Assembly: GCA_905178155.1 (NCBI GenBank)
Contig: CAJINV010000008.1
Span: 1,240,001-1,304,000, forward strand
Source of the DNA: Amoebophrya sp. A120
Taxonomy: Eukaryota; Protista; Dinoflagellata
Length of the DNA stretch: 64,000 nt
Reading direction: 5' to 3'
Of this stretch, positions 13,101-27,480 are shown piece by piece (within the stretch, counting starts at the first letter, position 1; each line of letters begins with the position of its first letter). The translations under genes were made by a program, and so were the position numbers. The notes beneath the pieces were generated by a model. The model made no database searches, was not told the DNA's origin, and was given only the letters and a program-made list of their open reading frames with translations.

Positions 13101-14349
13101 CAAGAAGTGTCAAAGATACCCCGACCCCAGAACAACTGGGAGCGTCGACGAGCTGCTCTTTCTAAACGCGGGGGCCAACCACGGGCACTGGTTGGATGTC
13201 GTGCGAAATTTCTGTGCGCCGCCCTATTGTCCAGAAAAGCAGTTGCTGCTGGGATTCGAAATTCAACAAGAATTAGTTGAAAAAATGCAGCGGCGCTTTT
13301 TCGATCGTGGGGAGCCGGCGGAGCAGATGGAGCCCGAAGAAGTCCCCAAGCGGGCTAGAAGTATTTCGACCAATGAAAGAGAAGCGGCTCCTGGGGAAGA
13401 ACCTTTTACACAGACGAATGGCCATTTTTCCACACGCCAGCGCATCGAGATTCATCCTTACGGATGGGGAGCCCGTTCGGAGAAAGAAGTTGGCCTTCGT
13501 GTCCAACATGACATTTCCGATGAAATCGCCCAGCTCGAATTCAGCACGAAGAAGGTTCAATCTGCAACGAAGCTAAATAACGTGGCGAAGAGAATGAAAA
13601 TGGTCGAAGTCAAGACCCTGGAACAAGTGATGCAAGAGGTCGAAGTCAGAATGAATATGAAAGCCCGGCGGGAAAGAGAAAGTACATCAAAAAGCATCGA
13701 TGGCGCATCCGCTGCGTCCGAAGGGACATCTTCACCCTCAAAGTCACAGGAAAATGTCGCAATGCCGGCTTTTCTGACGATTGTGGACGCGGAATTTTGG
13801 GACCTTGAGATTGTCAAAGGTATGCACCTGGAGAACGAGATAAATCAAATGCGCTTCCCGCTCTTCCAGATCGAGTGGAATCTGCTGCAGTTGAAGATTG
13901 TGTCAGATACAACCACCGACCACTCCGAGCATTCTGGAGCTGCAACTGGAGCCGCGGCTGCGTCTTGGAAGTCGTCCGTAGAGGCCGTTGCGCTACTTCT
14001 CACCAAGTTTGGCTATGATGCGTTTTTTCCTACCGCGCAAGGATTTGCGTACGCGTCCCTGGAATATTTCGAAATGGAATGGGAGAAAGTGGAGGAGTGG
14101 AAAACAGAAAAGCGGCGATACGGCGGAAGGAGCAGTAGATCCAACGCCACAACACGACAACTACCTCACAGGACTCTACTCTCCAACCTCGACCAGCACC
14201 CGCTACATCCAATACAACCCTCAAATCTGGTTTTCGCGCATCGCACATACTGCAACGAACATGTTTTGAAATTTCTCTACCACTCTGCCATAGACCTCGT
14301 GCAGAAGGATGTGCACCTGACCGATACGAGACTTTCAGCCAGGAGCTAG
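10153..14349 (+). CDS. Signal-peptide protein with C-terminal FkbM-like SAM methyltransferase domain
   Basis: Hydrophobic N-terminus; motifs FLNAGANHG, FEIQ, VKTLEQV, IVDAEFWDLEIVKG, FQIEW. The model needs a GC-AG intron 10869-11157, a 1-nt frameshift near 11300 and removal of introner 11685-11946. Confidence 0.6.
10935..10986. repeat. 22-bp tandem repeat (AGCAAGATCGGATAGCGCTCGA x2 plus partial) inside a GC-AG intron
   Basis: Two exact adjacent copies followed by a partial third copy. Confidence 0.9.
11685..11946 (+). mobile_element. Introner family A, TSD TTCCG
   Basis: ttccg|tatcaaatgtaaaaatgtctgggtctggaaga...tcttccagactcagacattttcgcatttgata|ttccg; removal gives QVFR|TVQR. Confidence 0.95.
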
Positions 14350-15087
14350 CATAGTAGATAAGAACTTCTATCACGCAGACGCACACTCTGGACGAGGATT
14401 GTCCTCAGCCCTCCCCCCAGCATTTCTGGGCGAAAGCTAAAGTTTGTTTCGATACCAACAAACGAAAAGCAGATAAATATCCAACACTTTGTCTTTTGTA
14501 TGTGTACTTGTTCGCGATGAAGATGAGCAACAAGTTGAAGTTCCGGCCTTTTGTTGTCGTTGTGTTTTCCCCGATACTTGTAATAATCTGAGATTTCCAC
14601 CACGCTTCGTGTGCGATTCAAAGAAGCAGCTTTAAAACGAAGAACAGTCAGAAGGGCACGTTGGCGGAGCAAATGCAAATCTTGAAAGTGCAGCGCCGTC
14701 TTTCTCTTTGTAAAAAGTGAAGATCCACCAATGTGAATGTGTCAGCGTTTGTCAGTCGGCTCACACGACTCAATATCCTCTCAAACGCGTAAGATATTCC
14801 ATTGGAATTAATGCCACGGATAGAGGCATGAGGAAGTATAGAACTTTTACGGTGTAGGTTCTGAATGGATCCTCTTGCTCGCACCGCATTGTAGAAAAGT
14901 CAAACGTAGTGGTGACACACTTGTACGAAAAGAGCCACCTTGTTGATCTCTTTAGCCGCGACACTTGAAATGATGAGGCACCCCACCGAGACGAACACCA
15001 CGACCGCGCAAAGGTAGTTGGCCGCACAATAGAATTCACTCACGCGATTCTACTACGCCTCCGATTCAGCACACTCTCTCCCGCAAT

Positions 15088-18000
15088 ATGTCCGACTTGG
15101 AGCAGCTGGTCAAGCGGGTGTTGAATAACACCAAGGACGGCACGAAAAAGTTGAAGGTGGAGGAAGCCGTGAAGGCGTTGGAGCGATACGACGTGGACGA
15201 CGATGCCATCGAGACCTTCACCGTAAACTCGGGCCGTATTAACACTGCCGAGGTGTTTGAGAAATTCGCGATCTTTTGCAAAAAGAATTGTGCCGAGAAA
15301 CCACTGGCCCAGCGTACCTCGCTGCTTGCGGATGCCGCCGGAGAACCGTCTGCGAAGCGTGCGCGCACCACCACGTCGCCCGGTCGTGCCGCAGTCGCGC
15401 TTGGCGGAACAACTGCGATTGGCGCAACTACAGGTAGCGCCGGGGCGCAGCAGGCCGGTGGGTCATCTTCGAGCACCTCGAACAGCTGGGGCACAGGCAA
15501 GAAGCAGGAAAACACATCCTCGTATTCGCAACACGTTCCGACGCCCGTGCGCGGTGGTGTTTCCTCCGGTCTGAACCCGGACCGGTCGGCCCTGCGCACG
15601 TCTGCTGGAGCGGTAGTTCTTGGAACGGGGGGCGGCGCAGCTGCACAGAGCAACAAACCACTGCCCCGCGCAATACTGCGGGGCTGCACCAGCATCGAGA
15701 AGCAACCCCTGCAGGCAGTAATACCGACCGGTATGGAAAGTCGCTTAACGTTCCACGACTCACTGCCGTCTAGCTTTCACAAGGAACCCGTTGCAATCGA
15801 TACAGACTATCCGCAAAGGACTCCAGGTTTGTGTATTATAGTGTTTTGCCGTCGATCTCGATGTCATTCCGGCATTTTAATCCGGCAACTGCAAATGAGG
15901 GGCTTATGGTCGGCTTTGATACATATGAAAATCAAAAAATGTTGTTTATGCTTCGAGCGTTTCCGTTTTCCTTTTCGGTTCAATGAGCATCATCCTGAAC
16001 AACCACAAAACCAAACTGCAGTTGAGTACAATTTTCTCGACCTGAATGTCGAGCGGCGCGCCCTTGCGACTAATGCCAGGCTTGAAGACATGGAAAGCTT
16101 GATGCGCTTGCGCATCGCTGAAGACGACGAAAACGTGCAGAGAGGTGTTGCCTATGTTTTGATTCCATTGGGTACATCAACTTCTACTTATTGTTCATCG
16201 AAGATGATGCAGCCGTGCACTGATTTCCTAATTTAGACTTGCCTCATTTTTAGCGCAGCCAGCTTTGGCATTCGCATTGGCTTCCTCTTATGCCGGAGCC
16301 GGACGCAAACGATCAAAATTAATTGACACCAGGGCAAGTTGGCGAGGTGCAGCAAGTTACGCAGGAGATATCTGTCGTCGGAAGGATACTTTGTGATGAG
16401 GTATCCTGTGTTATTCAACATTGTAGGATTTTCAACAATTCTTTTTTTCTTGCCTCACGTGCAAAAGATAAATTCAATTTTTTGACGGCCGACTCTTCAT
16501 TAAAATCCGCAGGAAGCCACCAGTTCGACGACCGCGGCGAGCAAGTTGAACGAGAGCAGTTTGCTACTCGAAGGCAGCCGCAGCGAGTCCAACGGACAGC
16601 GCATGTACTTCCTCACGCAGGACTGCGATCGCGTTTCCACGTTTCCCGGACAGATAGTGTACACAGACTTTGTTTCCGCTTGAACTACTATGATCCTTCT
16701 ATATCTTCAATCAAACGGCTCTACAAGACCATGGAAGCGCCAGGACGGCCAAGAACGAAACTTTCCTAAACAGGTATGCCGTGGGACGCGGTGAGAAAGA
16801 ACGACTGCACGCAAATCGCTTCATCGGTGGCGTGCCGGTTCCCGCGCGTGAGCTGCCGACCTCCAACTCTGCGGCCCCACCGGTGCACATCCTTTGCGCG
16901 AGCGGGCCTTTTTCCAAGCGCAGCGAGCTGAACTACTCGTGTCTGCGGTCGGTGTTGCAATACGCCCTCGCTGCAAAACCACAAATGGTATGACGGATCT
17001 CTGAATTGGATTTGTAAGAGGAATACTTGCAGCTACTTCTATCCCTTATTTCCGAGATGCGATTCCGTTTCCGAATGTAATGGGTCCGTGCAAGTAGATG
17101 TCTGGTTGATTTTGCATGTTACTAGGTATTACGAGCGACATTGCTTTTTCCCAGAGTTCGATACCATCCTGCAAAACGTTATGCACCACGGAATAGCAGC
17201 ACCCTTTCACAGCCCATCGTGCGTGACGTTTTGCAGAGATGCGTAAAGCCATCGTGCATAACCTTTTGCAGCACGCAACTACGTAGATTATTTGCAGCAC
17301 GTTAATATTCTTGCTGAACATGCTTGCACAGAAGCGCACCAACATACGCTGCACAGGTTATCCTTATGGGTCCTTTCCTCGATTGTAACAATACGGTCGT
17401 TCGAGAAGGCGGCGTAATGGGCGAAGAGGGTCAGGAGGACCTTGACCCGGTGGACCTGACGGAGTCGTTTCTCCTACCCATTCTCGAGGACGCGACTGCC
17501 AAGCTCAAGGAGTCCGGCTGCGAGTTGGTCATCGTGCCGAGCCCAGACGAGGCCACATTTCTGTTTGCAACGCCGCAGCCACCGTATCCGAGTTTCTTTC
17601 TCAGCGAAGGTTGGTTTCGATTGCAAGAACTGGGGGCGCACCTAGTACTCGATATTGATTTTGTTTTCCTACTTTTTCCGCAACTTTCGCTTAGACGACG
17701 CACCCGCATTCATGAGGTAATATGTTTTGCTGTTGTGTTGAGGTTGAAGAAGAAAAAAAGTAAATTTTGAAAACCACACTTCCGACCACGCGACTGTGCA
17801 GGTTCCCAATCCGTGCTTCCTGCGCATCAACAACTCGTTCACCATCAGCTGTACGACGCAGGACCCACTTTCGCCCCTGGTTCGCTCCTTGCTGACCCGG
17901 CCGGAGCCGGAATCCGGTGGCAAGCTGGAAGAGGTGATGCGCCACCTGCTGCGCCAGCGCTCGTGGTTTCCGCGCGATGGCGTGGAGAAAAGCAGTAGTG

Positions 18001-18389
18001 TCAATCAGGGGATGCAGCAGCCGCAAAGCAACATCGACGTTGCGCGTCGGGAGAGATATGAGTTTATTCGGAAAACAAAAAACGGACGGGTTCTCTCCGC
18101 GCAGGAGGTCGAACACGAGCAGGCCGGCGGAGACCAAAAATTGGAAAGAGCAGTGGCCGAGGATGTTGACATTGCGGCGGAGATCGAGGATTGTATTCCC
18201 GACATCTTGCTGTTCTATTCGAATGTGGGGAGGGGATTCCTAGCCAATTTTGTCGAGGATCGGCTCTTTGTCAATCCCGGACCCTGTTCGAAGACCGGCC
18301 AGCACGGGACCTTCGCCGAACTGTTTGTGCATCCAAGGGAGAAACAGCTTGCTCGGGTGGAGATCAAAAAAATTCCGGACCAGTTGTAG
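15088..18389 (+). CDS. POLA2: DNA polymerase alpha subunit B, about 7 exons with GT-AG introns
   Basis: Motifs VVGRILCD, KLNESSLLLEGSR, FPGQIV, ASGPF, ILMGPFLD, VIVPS, PQPPY, VPNPC, PDILL and FVNPG. Confidence 0.85.
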
Positions 18390-19067
18390 GAGGGACGGGC
18401 AACTGGTGGTGATAAATGATATATGATAATGAAAAGCCAAGAAAACCGTTCGTATCGGTTTTCGTATACGCCCCAAAATGCCGCTCACGCAGCTGGTCGA
18501 CATGATTGTAAATTCAAGACGACGCAAACACGCCGGGCTGTATTTCGGCGGAGCACATTCATTCTATACTTTTATCATAGAAAGTGAACGTGAAACCGAA
18601 CCCCACTACCGCTGGGATCTTCGTGAAGAATCTAACGCCAACAACTACATCGGTGTGCAGTGTGGCCGTTTTTATCATTTCTTTTCTTTTCATCTTCGTG
18701 TCTCATCGTGAGCGGGACCAAAGAGGAGGCAATTCATAGAGTGAACTTGTTTGTTAAAAATGCTGATCGATGAACAAAAGCAAATCGAGAGTGGAGAGTG
18801 TACTTAAACGGTCCGAGAACAAAAGAACGCAAGGATTGCCTGAGGTGGGAGGTAGTAAGTATTTCAATGAGCGGCCGCCTATCGTTGCTCGCAAAAATGT
18901 GTGTGTGGGGGTAATGTAGAAGTGGGCCATTTTGTTTAAGAATTACATGCAATTACAACCCTACGAATTCTGCTTTTTTTAGGGCAAGAGAAAAGATCAG
19001 TAGAAGAACGAACTTTGTTTTCTGTGCTGTGTTTTCATTGTCAGCAAAAATCACACAGAAGCCCAAG

Positions 19068-21643
19068 ATGATGTCACGAATGTCTTCTAACGGTGTACTC
19101 GTGCAGCCACACCGAGCTCCTGGCAACAAAAGCCACCCACCTAGGAACACAAAACGGTCTCGGGAGCAGCTGAAGCACAACATCGAGCAGAATGCCATAC
19201 GGGAAATTCCGTTTCACGATCGAATCAGGGAGTACCAAAACGAGTTCGACGATACCGTCATCGGTAAAGCAACTCCATTGGCCACTTCCCATGTGCTGTC
19301 CGGGTCTTCTTCGAGCAGTAGTTCTTCCTCATCAGCAACGAGGCCTGCTGCTGACCTGTTCTGGTCTACCTGGGTGCAGTCAAGAGATCGCTGCGACATG
19401 GTTGCATTTCTGCTGCAGCGGTCGCCGGAAATCACGCTTAACAAATCGGAGCTTGTGCCGCACCATGCGGTGGACTTGATGGATCGATACGTCTTCGCTG
19501 CGAGGACCTGGACCCCGCACCTCGTGTTTCCCTGCTTGTTCGTTTCGCGAAAGCTACACGACGAAAACGCATTCGGTGGTAAAAAAGAAAGCAAACTTGT
19601 TTTTTTTTTGTTGATGCAGATGCACGTGCTCGCCATAGCTCATATGGACATTCACTTTCCTCGTCGATCATGGTCTGATTCTCGATATATGGAATGAACA
19701 GCTGCACGACACAAATTAAACATTTTCAAAAGTGCACCAAATAAAGAAATAATCTTGCTGCAGGCTACGTCGACCTTGACGACAGCTATGGTTCCCTGTT
19801 GGACGAGCTGAACCACGACGACGGCACTCTGTCAGTGTCCGAGTGCGAGGATTTAGAACGCACCTTATTGAACACGTTGGAGTTTCGCGTTTTCCGCAAT
19901 CCGCTTTTGATCGAATTCATTTCCTGGCTTGGAAACGCGGTCTCGCTCTCCTCGTTCGACCTCAAGAAAGCGCAACTGCTCGCAGAGTCCCTGTTTTTCT
20001 GCCCCGACGTCGCGTTTCACCCGTGCCGCCCGGCGACGGCACTAGCAATAGTGTTTTTCGCTTGCAGTGAGTACAGCAGCTTGGAGCTGTGCATCAACCT
20101 CGCCCTGCAGCACACGTGTTTACTGGAGAACGTTCCCGGCATACTGAAGCACATCCGTATGATTTTCATCAATATTTCCATTTCCTCGTCACTCTATGTA
20201 TTGCATACATACTTTAACTTTTTCGCGCTATAGTAGAAGCAGTTGACATCCTCGATCTACATCTTGCACGAAAAATATGTCAACAAGCATGGACACGACA
20301 TCTTCAAATCCAAATGTCTTTTTTTGTGTTCAGATACTTTCCTCGAAGGCCGAGCCACTTCTCCCGTTACCCGCGTAGCAGTAACTGCAGAAAATGCTGG
20401 CCCACCGGGTACTACCACACCGCCGCCAGCGCCGACATTCGTTTCTGTCTTCAAGCGAGTCACGAGCGCCAAGCATAGCAATTCAGGCGGATTCAAAACC
20501 TACGGCGCAACCATGGCCCGGAACTTGTTCGACTGCAGCTCGATGCAAAGTAATTCAGGCGGCAACTCGTCGTCTTCCACTTCCACTTCCACGACGGCAG
20601 GGCCGCGTGATGTGTCATCTACGCAGGGAAAGTTGGGGGCAGCGGGTCGAACATGCAGAAAGAAGGTGCGTTGGAGCGACTTCGCATCGCAGTGGGGCCG
20701 GATGGTGCAGAGCCAAAAGGAAAAACTCGGATGGTCGCCAACGGCGGTTTCGAGCGCTACTCCAAGTCCGGGCCTAGAGAAGAAGCGCCAACGCATCTCC
20801 GCCTCCACGCCGTTTGGCGCTAGTACAGACGGAGCATCTAAGAGCAACGCTGTCATCACACCCAGCACGGTTGCATCGAGCTGCTCGCTGGCCCTTGTCT
20901 CAGCCGATCACGCGAGTCGAAACGTTGTCGGAGGACTCGACGGAATGAACGGAGGATCGCATGGTCATCATGAGCAGATTGACTTCGAAATGATCCAGGA
21001 GCAGGCCACCACCGAAGATCTTCTTGCGTCTACCAAACAGCAGGAGCACCGGCATGGAGCAGGAATTTTTCCACACGACACCTTCAAGATCAGCGAAAGC
21101 ATGCAGGTTTCTTCTACATCAAGCAAGAAAAACCGGAACCGGCGGTATAGTTGCACGCATGCGCAGCGACTGAATTTTATTGCAGATGAAGACGCTGACA
21201 GCGAGGATGCAAACAGTAGCTGCAGTCGGAAGATGAAAACTGCGAAGAAACGTTCCGAAGAGAAGAAAAAACGACTGTCGTTTTCTGATGCGGTAATGCA
21301 CCACAAGGAGCAAGTGCAAGGAGATGACGACGTCCACAAAAACAACTTGATCACGCAAGCGAAAAATCCGCGTGCAGACCGGCGAACAGCCTGGGACGAA
21401 AGCCAACAAAGCCGCAGTGATGTCTCCAGCAGCTTCGAAATCGAGGATGACACCACGACAAGAAAGAACACGACCAACGCTGCTGGTGGATTCTTCGCCG
21501 GCACGACGGCGGGAGCGAACACTTCTTCTCAAGGCGGGGACCTCCACCTCCACAAGGTCGCCCAGAAGCAAAAGTCTGGGGAGAACTTCGATGACCAACG
21601 AGACGAATTCATTATCGACGAGTTTTTGAATGCTATCAAGTAA
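19068..21643 (+). CDS. Cyclin-family protein with long disordered C-terminus
   Basis: Cyclin-box motifs RCDMVAFL, AVDLMDRY, CLFVSRKLHDE and LERTLLNTLEFRV; introns about 19579-19763 (GT-AG) and about 20157-20234 (non-canonical). Confidence 0.7.
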
Positions 21644-22678
21644 AATATTACATAACAAAAATCAAAATGCAGAAAAATATGCTATATTCTATGGGGAGCT
21701 TTTTGCGCGGGTGCTAGTAAAGGCAGAAGTACATGCAAGAATAGAAGCAAATCCTGCAAGTAGAAGAATTGTCATGCGCTCATGATTTTTGTGAAAACTT
21801 CATGAGGAGACGCTTCGGCAGCGCGCGAATTTTGTTTTAGAACTTTGAACAAACGAGCTTACATTTCGCTTTGATGCCATCGTGCTCATCGTTGGTACCT
21901 ACTAGAATATGCGTTTACAAAGTGAAAGTCTCTCACTCAGAAAAAACTGTTGATTGAATGTATCAAGAAACCGTCAGAACTAAATCATGCGAAATCTTCG
22001 AACTTTGATTTTTACCCTTCTTGTAAGTAATGTATGTCACGCAGGAACGACCGGACCGGCGACGTCAGTGATGTCGACTTTGCGTCTACTCCAGAATCAA
22101 TTCTTGCAATTGTTTACAACTTTCGGCTTCGAGGACTCGATAAACGGAGCTGCTATCTATATCAGAGGTCCCGTCCGATTGAACTAAAATTTTTTATGTT
22201 TCTCTCTGTGTACAAAAGAAGTGAAATAAAAGTGTAAGATGCTACTTATTTGCACAGGCCCAAGCAGAACTTTTTCTTTTCTTCTGAAACCTTTCTGATG
22301 TAACAACGACTCGCACAGCTTTGCTTACTAAAAGAACCAGTGACGGCCTTGGGCGGCGGGATCCCGATTCCCTTTGTGGTCTCGGTGTTCAGCATCAGAA
22401 AAAACTGTTTGGTGCAACGGCGAAGAACGGGAAGAAGCGCAAGCTGGTAGGGGATCCAGATCCGTGTGGTGATCGGGAACGTAGTGCTGTTGCATATTGA
22501 GCAGGTTCAGCGTCATCTTGCAGTCGGTTCATCAAGATCGCTCGAAGTAGATCTTCATTTCCTCCTCGACGGATTCAGTCGCACAATATTAGATGGAGTC
22601 GAAAATAAACGACGTGTAAAACGTAAACGTGTGGATTTTTATTTTATTTTGGTTTTCGAAGAATAAGATCAAGTGAAC

Positions 22679-25600
22679 ATGGTCTTGGTTTTCCTGTTGC
22701 CTCTACTGCGCAGGAACGTCCTCGCTAATTCCAGGCGACAAAGACGCTGTGCATTCATGCTCTTTCTCGTGTTGGATTGTTTCTTCCACACAAGTTGTCG
22801 CGACGTTCCCGGCGAAAAAGGTACGGCGACACAGGTCCTGTCGTCTGATCCCTACGGCAACGAGCAAGAGTTCGTGAATTTTTCCTTCCTGAACTCCCGG
22901 GCTGCGGGAGGTGTCGTTGTGGAAGAAAATCATGCTGATTTTGTCGAGAAGAATTTGCTGGCAGCGCAAACCGAAACCAAACTCGACCTGTCGGAGTTGA
23001 TATCCAGGAAAAAACACCCATCCACATCCAATTTGCCATGCAAAACACACATAAAATTCTGTGTTTGTCATGCAAAAAATGGATGTGGATGGGTTCTTTT
23101 CTGTGGATAGTTGATCATGCCTTCACACACAGACCGCGAATTCGGCACGCGTTTGTCGCCTGTGCCCGGCACAAATGAAACAGTTGTTGCCTACTTGCGC
23201 TGTCGCTATCTCACACCTGCTCCTGCTGCTCACCTGAAGAACGCAAGGGCAAATACCGATGCGCGCCATAGCATGGGGGTTATTGATGTTGAGCAAGACC
23301 GTGGAGATGTTGAAGCGCCGCCGAGTAAAAGGAAGACAGAACACAGCCAGCAGCTAGAACAAGATCCCAGTATTGATCTGGACCATTTGATCCGTTTCGT
23401 AGTCGAAAACTTTCAAGAGCGGAAAGCTTCCGTGTCAGCAGTTTCACACAGCGAAAAGGCGGAGGAAGTGCAGATTGGTACGCCCCTCGTCGTGAGTGAA
23501 GATCGGCTGCAGGAAGAAACAAAGCTCTTGACTGAAGAGATCCTCGATGTGCTGAAAGATTGGGACTTCGTCTACGGGCGCTTCGGCGTTCGCGAAGACA
23601 TCGTGAAAAACGCCATCGATGCTCATAAGCGAAAGGGCATCTTCCCCATCAGCTTTAACCATCCCTACGAGGTGCAGCAGGCCTACGTGGTGGAGCCGGT
23701 TTTCGGTGCTGAAAACGTCGAAGCCAAGAAGATTTCAGCGCCAGACAGAGCAAAGCACACCACAAACCGCAACGTCAAGAAGGTTTTGCGAAAGGATCCT
23801 ACACTTGAGACATCGAAATCAACTGTTTTCGCGCTCTCGGTCCCTCATCTGCGGTCGTCACTAATTTTCTCTCGCCGCAGTTCACCAGCACGATTATACT
23901 CGGCATTGATGGTGGACGATGTCGAAAATAATGCTGGGGGAAATGCTAATGGGACGACTGCAGAAAAAATAAAAGCTGTTGCCGAGGACCACGTGGACGT
24001 CGATGACATTTTACCACCCGCCGGCGGCCAGTCGTTTGAGTATCGGTACCATAAGAACTATCATTCGGCAATGTTTGGTTTTTCGCACAAGAAGGCCGGG
24101 TGGGACTGCGCTCGACACTTAGAGATCATGCAGAGCCGCGCGCTCCTACTGTTCGCCGATCCAGTCAATTCTATCCCACCGAACCGTACCGACCATCTAC
24201 GGCTCCCCTACTGCGGTCAGGACACCATGGCATTGTACCCGAAGGACTTGTTTTTGCAAATCGAACAGGATTTCTATTCTCTGCAGCAAAACAAGGACTT
24301 CGCTGTCGCCGAATTCCAAAAGTGGCTTCCGAAGTGGAGAGCTTTTACCAGTGCCATCGACGAAGAGACAACGAGCCTCAGCATTTCCAGGCTGAAGAAG
24401 CTTGCGGAAAGAAGCGGACTGCGCAGCGGTTCACCAAATGAGGACGGCGAGGTGGACCAAAACACCCCGGATGAACAAGATGAGTCTCCGAGTGAAGTAG
24501 AATTTGGAGAGAGCCAGTTCACGCCCAGAATTCCGAGGACCACGAGCCAGGGACCTACAACCAAGAGAGCTGCTCCTGCATTTGTACTTTCTTCGCGACA
24601 TAAGCGGCTATATCAATGGTACCAGCGAGAGCAGACGAAATGGTTCGTCGAGAATCTGGTCTCCCGGAAGGTGGTTGAGTACATGCTTTTGGTCACCAAC
24701 AATTGCCCCAATCCCAAGGCCAAATCGTCGCGGAGAGTAGAGGACAGTAATTTAGAGAACGCTTCTGAGCAAAATGCATCACAAGGAGCGGAAGCTGCGA
24801 CGATCGTGCGATCCACAGTGCCGCTCGCAGCCTCAAAACAGGCGAATCTGGTCTATCAGAAGTATTTGAAATTCGACGAGACGAAAATTGCGGGGGACCG
24901 GATGACGATTCGTGACTACGTAGAGCATCAGGTGGGCCACCAACTTCGTCAAGACCCGGACCAGCCCATGGCAGAGCGTCCACCGGTGGAACAGCTTCAG
25001 CATGAACTCAAAGACGACAGAACACCCGAAGCAGCACCTCCTGGAGTGACGTCAGCAGTAAGTGAGCCGGCAGGTGGTCGTAATGACAATGACCCATCTG
25101 ATGAAGGCACAGATTTAGGTCCGCGGGTACTGTACATAGACAATTTTGGTGCAGAAAAGGGTGTCTCGTCTGTTCGTGACTACAGTGCAATTGGCATGCT
25201 TGCCGGCTTAAAGCAGCTTTTTGGCAAACGCTGCGAGGTTCTTTATCCGCAGCGCCCGATGTACGACTGGACTTCGGAAGTTTTCTCGCCGACGTTCGAA
25301 GGGCAGCGTAGCGCCACTGCAGATCATGGCGCAGATGATCGAAGTGGACGACGACGACCGCGATCGCAGAAGAGGGTGTACACGCGGGACGCTCTGAAAT
25401 ATCTCCCAGCGAGACTAGGCATGAGAAGACGCAGGTCGGCGGAGGTCGGAGTCGATCTTGACCACAAGACGCAGGAGCAAGTCACGACTTTCGCAAGGGA
25501 GGAAACTGGCGGTGCACTCGGACAGGAACGCGGCTGGTACCCCTTTAGCAGTGCATTCGCCCGCCCCGAGGACGCCAGCGGGCACGAAGTCGACTTTTTC

Positions 25601-26283
25601 CAGGCGACAGCGGAGCTCTTCAAGGAGATCGTGCTGAAAACGGCACCAGCGGACGCCAGCAACTCCTCAACGACCGCAAGCAAGAACATCACGACTCCAG
25701 GCGAGGAAGGACAAGACCTCTCCTCGCTTTTACGCGACCACCTCTACTGGACAAAAATGCTGTTCTACCCCTCGCCGAAAGCGCTGGCGCAGATCTTTGA
25801 GAAGATAAGATCCCAGTACTATGATTTCATTGTTTACGGTCTGCAGCACCGATCCATGCCGCACCTCGAGTATCTCCTGCAAACATGTCTGGCTCTGAAG
25901 GGATGTGGTCCACGCAAACTTCTGGTGACATGGACCACGGCAAGAAAAGTTGCCTAATTGGCGATTTTCTTTTGCATTTCTTTTCACCGAAAGAGAAGAT
26001 GACTTGTCATTGGTGGCACTATGATCTTCCCGTCCCAGACATATTTCCAAGGCATATCGAAGATCTAGTGGCAAAACACTACCCGCCAAGCAGGGTGTTG
26101 GGCGTTCACGGCGAAGACGTCTACCGCGAGTACCTTCACGAGAATGTGACGCCCTACATGACGGTATTTGTGCGCGAACTCGGCTACACCAAATACGACC
26201 AGGCACTCCCCGACACCCGCGCCCGGTTTCGTTATCGCCGGGGGGAAATTTATTTCAAGCGACGAAACGCCAACTCGAGGTGA
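22679..26283 (+). CDS. Membrane-anchored putative glycosyltransferase-like protein
   Basis: N-terminal hydrophobic segment and motif YHSAMFGFSHKKAGWDCARHLEI. Introner at 23001 and an apparent 1-nt frameshift near 25927. Start codon uncertain. Confidence 0.5.
23001..23109. mobile_element. Introner family B, TSD GTTGA
   Basis: TIR tatcca..aaaa.a.cccatccacatcca; removal gives SELI|MP. Confidence 0.95.
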
Positions 26284-27480
26284 CGAATTCTTGAAGGTCG
26301 ACTTGGTCTTGGACGCAGGATTCATGATTATCCTCATTCTGCACAGAACTTTTTGGTCAAACAGAATGAAATGAAGAGCAGTTTCCAGCAGCTCTTGCTG
26401 TATTAAGCTTGCTTCTTCTTCGTCAAAGTAGAGACATCAACATTCACCTGGACGAGTTCGAGTACAACACCACCGCGCTTTATTCGCAAAAATGATCCAC
26501 GCCGCACTGCACTCCAATGCTGGTATCCTAGTACTAGTTTCAGTTTGTTTCCGGTCATTGATTCATTACGTAGCCCTAGTAGTCTTCAGGTAGCTACGAG
26601 CACATTTACAATATGCAGGACAAAGCAGGACGACGGAGGTTGTGACACCGAAGACGGCAGAGCGAAGGACAACCTTCCACTTCGATCCGAGGCTCGTCTT
26701 TGACTTTGTTCCCTTTGCTCGTTGTTCAGAACAATCGGCGAAGATAGCGGCATCATAGAATGATTACGATCGTCTTTTCGTGGTCAAGAAGGGGATCTGA
26801 CTTCGACACGTATCGTGTTATTTGATGTCACTGGTGTCGGTACAACCTCCACTACCAATACCACTTGACTCCCAAGTCAGGACCGTGAATTCTGGCGTTG
26901 TCTTCGTTTCTGTAGCTCCAGCTTCATGTAAGTGGTACTAGCCGTTCGATGATGCGCTGACCGATCTACGCCCTGAGATCCACCTCATGCTCAAACTATC
27001 GGAAGATCCGTTGTGTGTCTTTTTGCCGTGAGCGTGCTCGGAAGCTAAAGTTTTATTTTAGGCAGCTTGTGAGGTTCATCGACTCTTCTTTCTCTAAGAT
27101 CTTGCCGTGCGCCGTCTGCGCTAGAATTCTGTGACAGGAGACCTTCGAACGTGCACTGGCGAAAGTGTGCAATCCATCGCTAGGATGTCTGATTTTTTAC
27201 AGCCAGAATTTCGTATAGGTTGGAATTTCGCAAAGCAGTAATTGCTTTGTGAGTTGGATAGCATCTTAATATTTGTGCATTTGCCCGCAGTTGTTGTTGT
27301 GAGCCTTAGAAGCGCCGTAAATGTTTTTTTGCCCAAGTAGTTTCGTGTCAAGTGTAGTGCTTCTACGTGCTCGTGAAGACGAAGAACTCGCTTCCTCATG
27401 TGATCATTGAGTAAAATAAAAGAAAATCAAAATTTTGTCTTTTTTCCATTTTCTGCTCGCCTGTTTTTGATTACCCAAAA

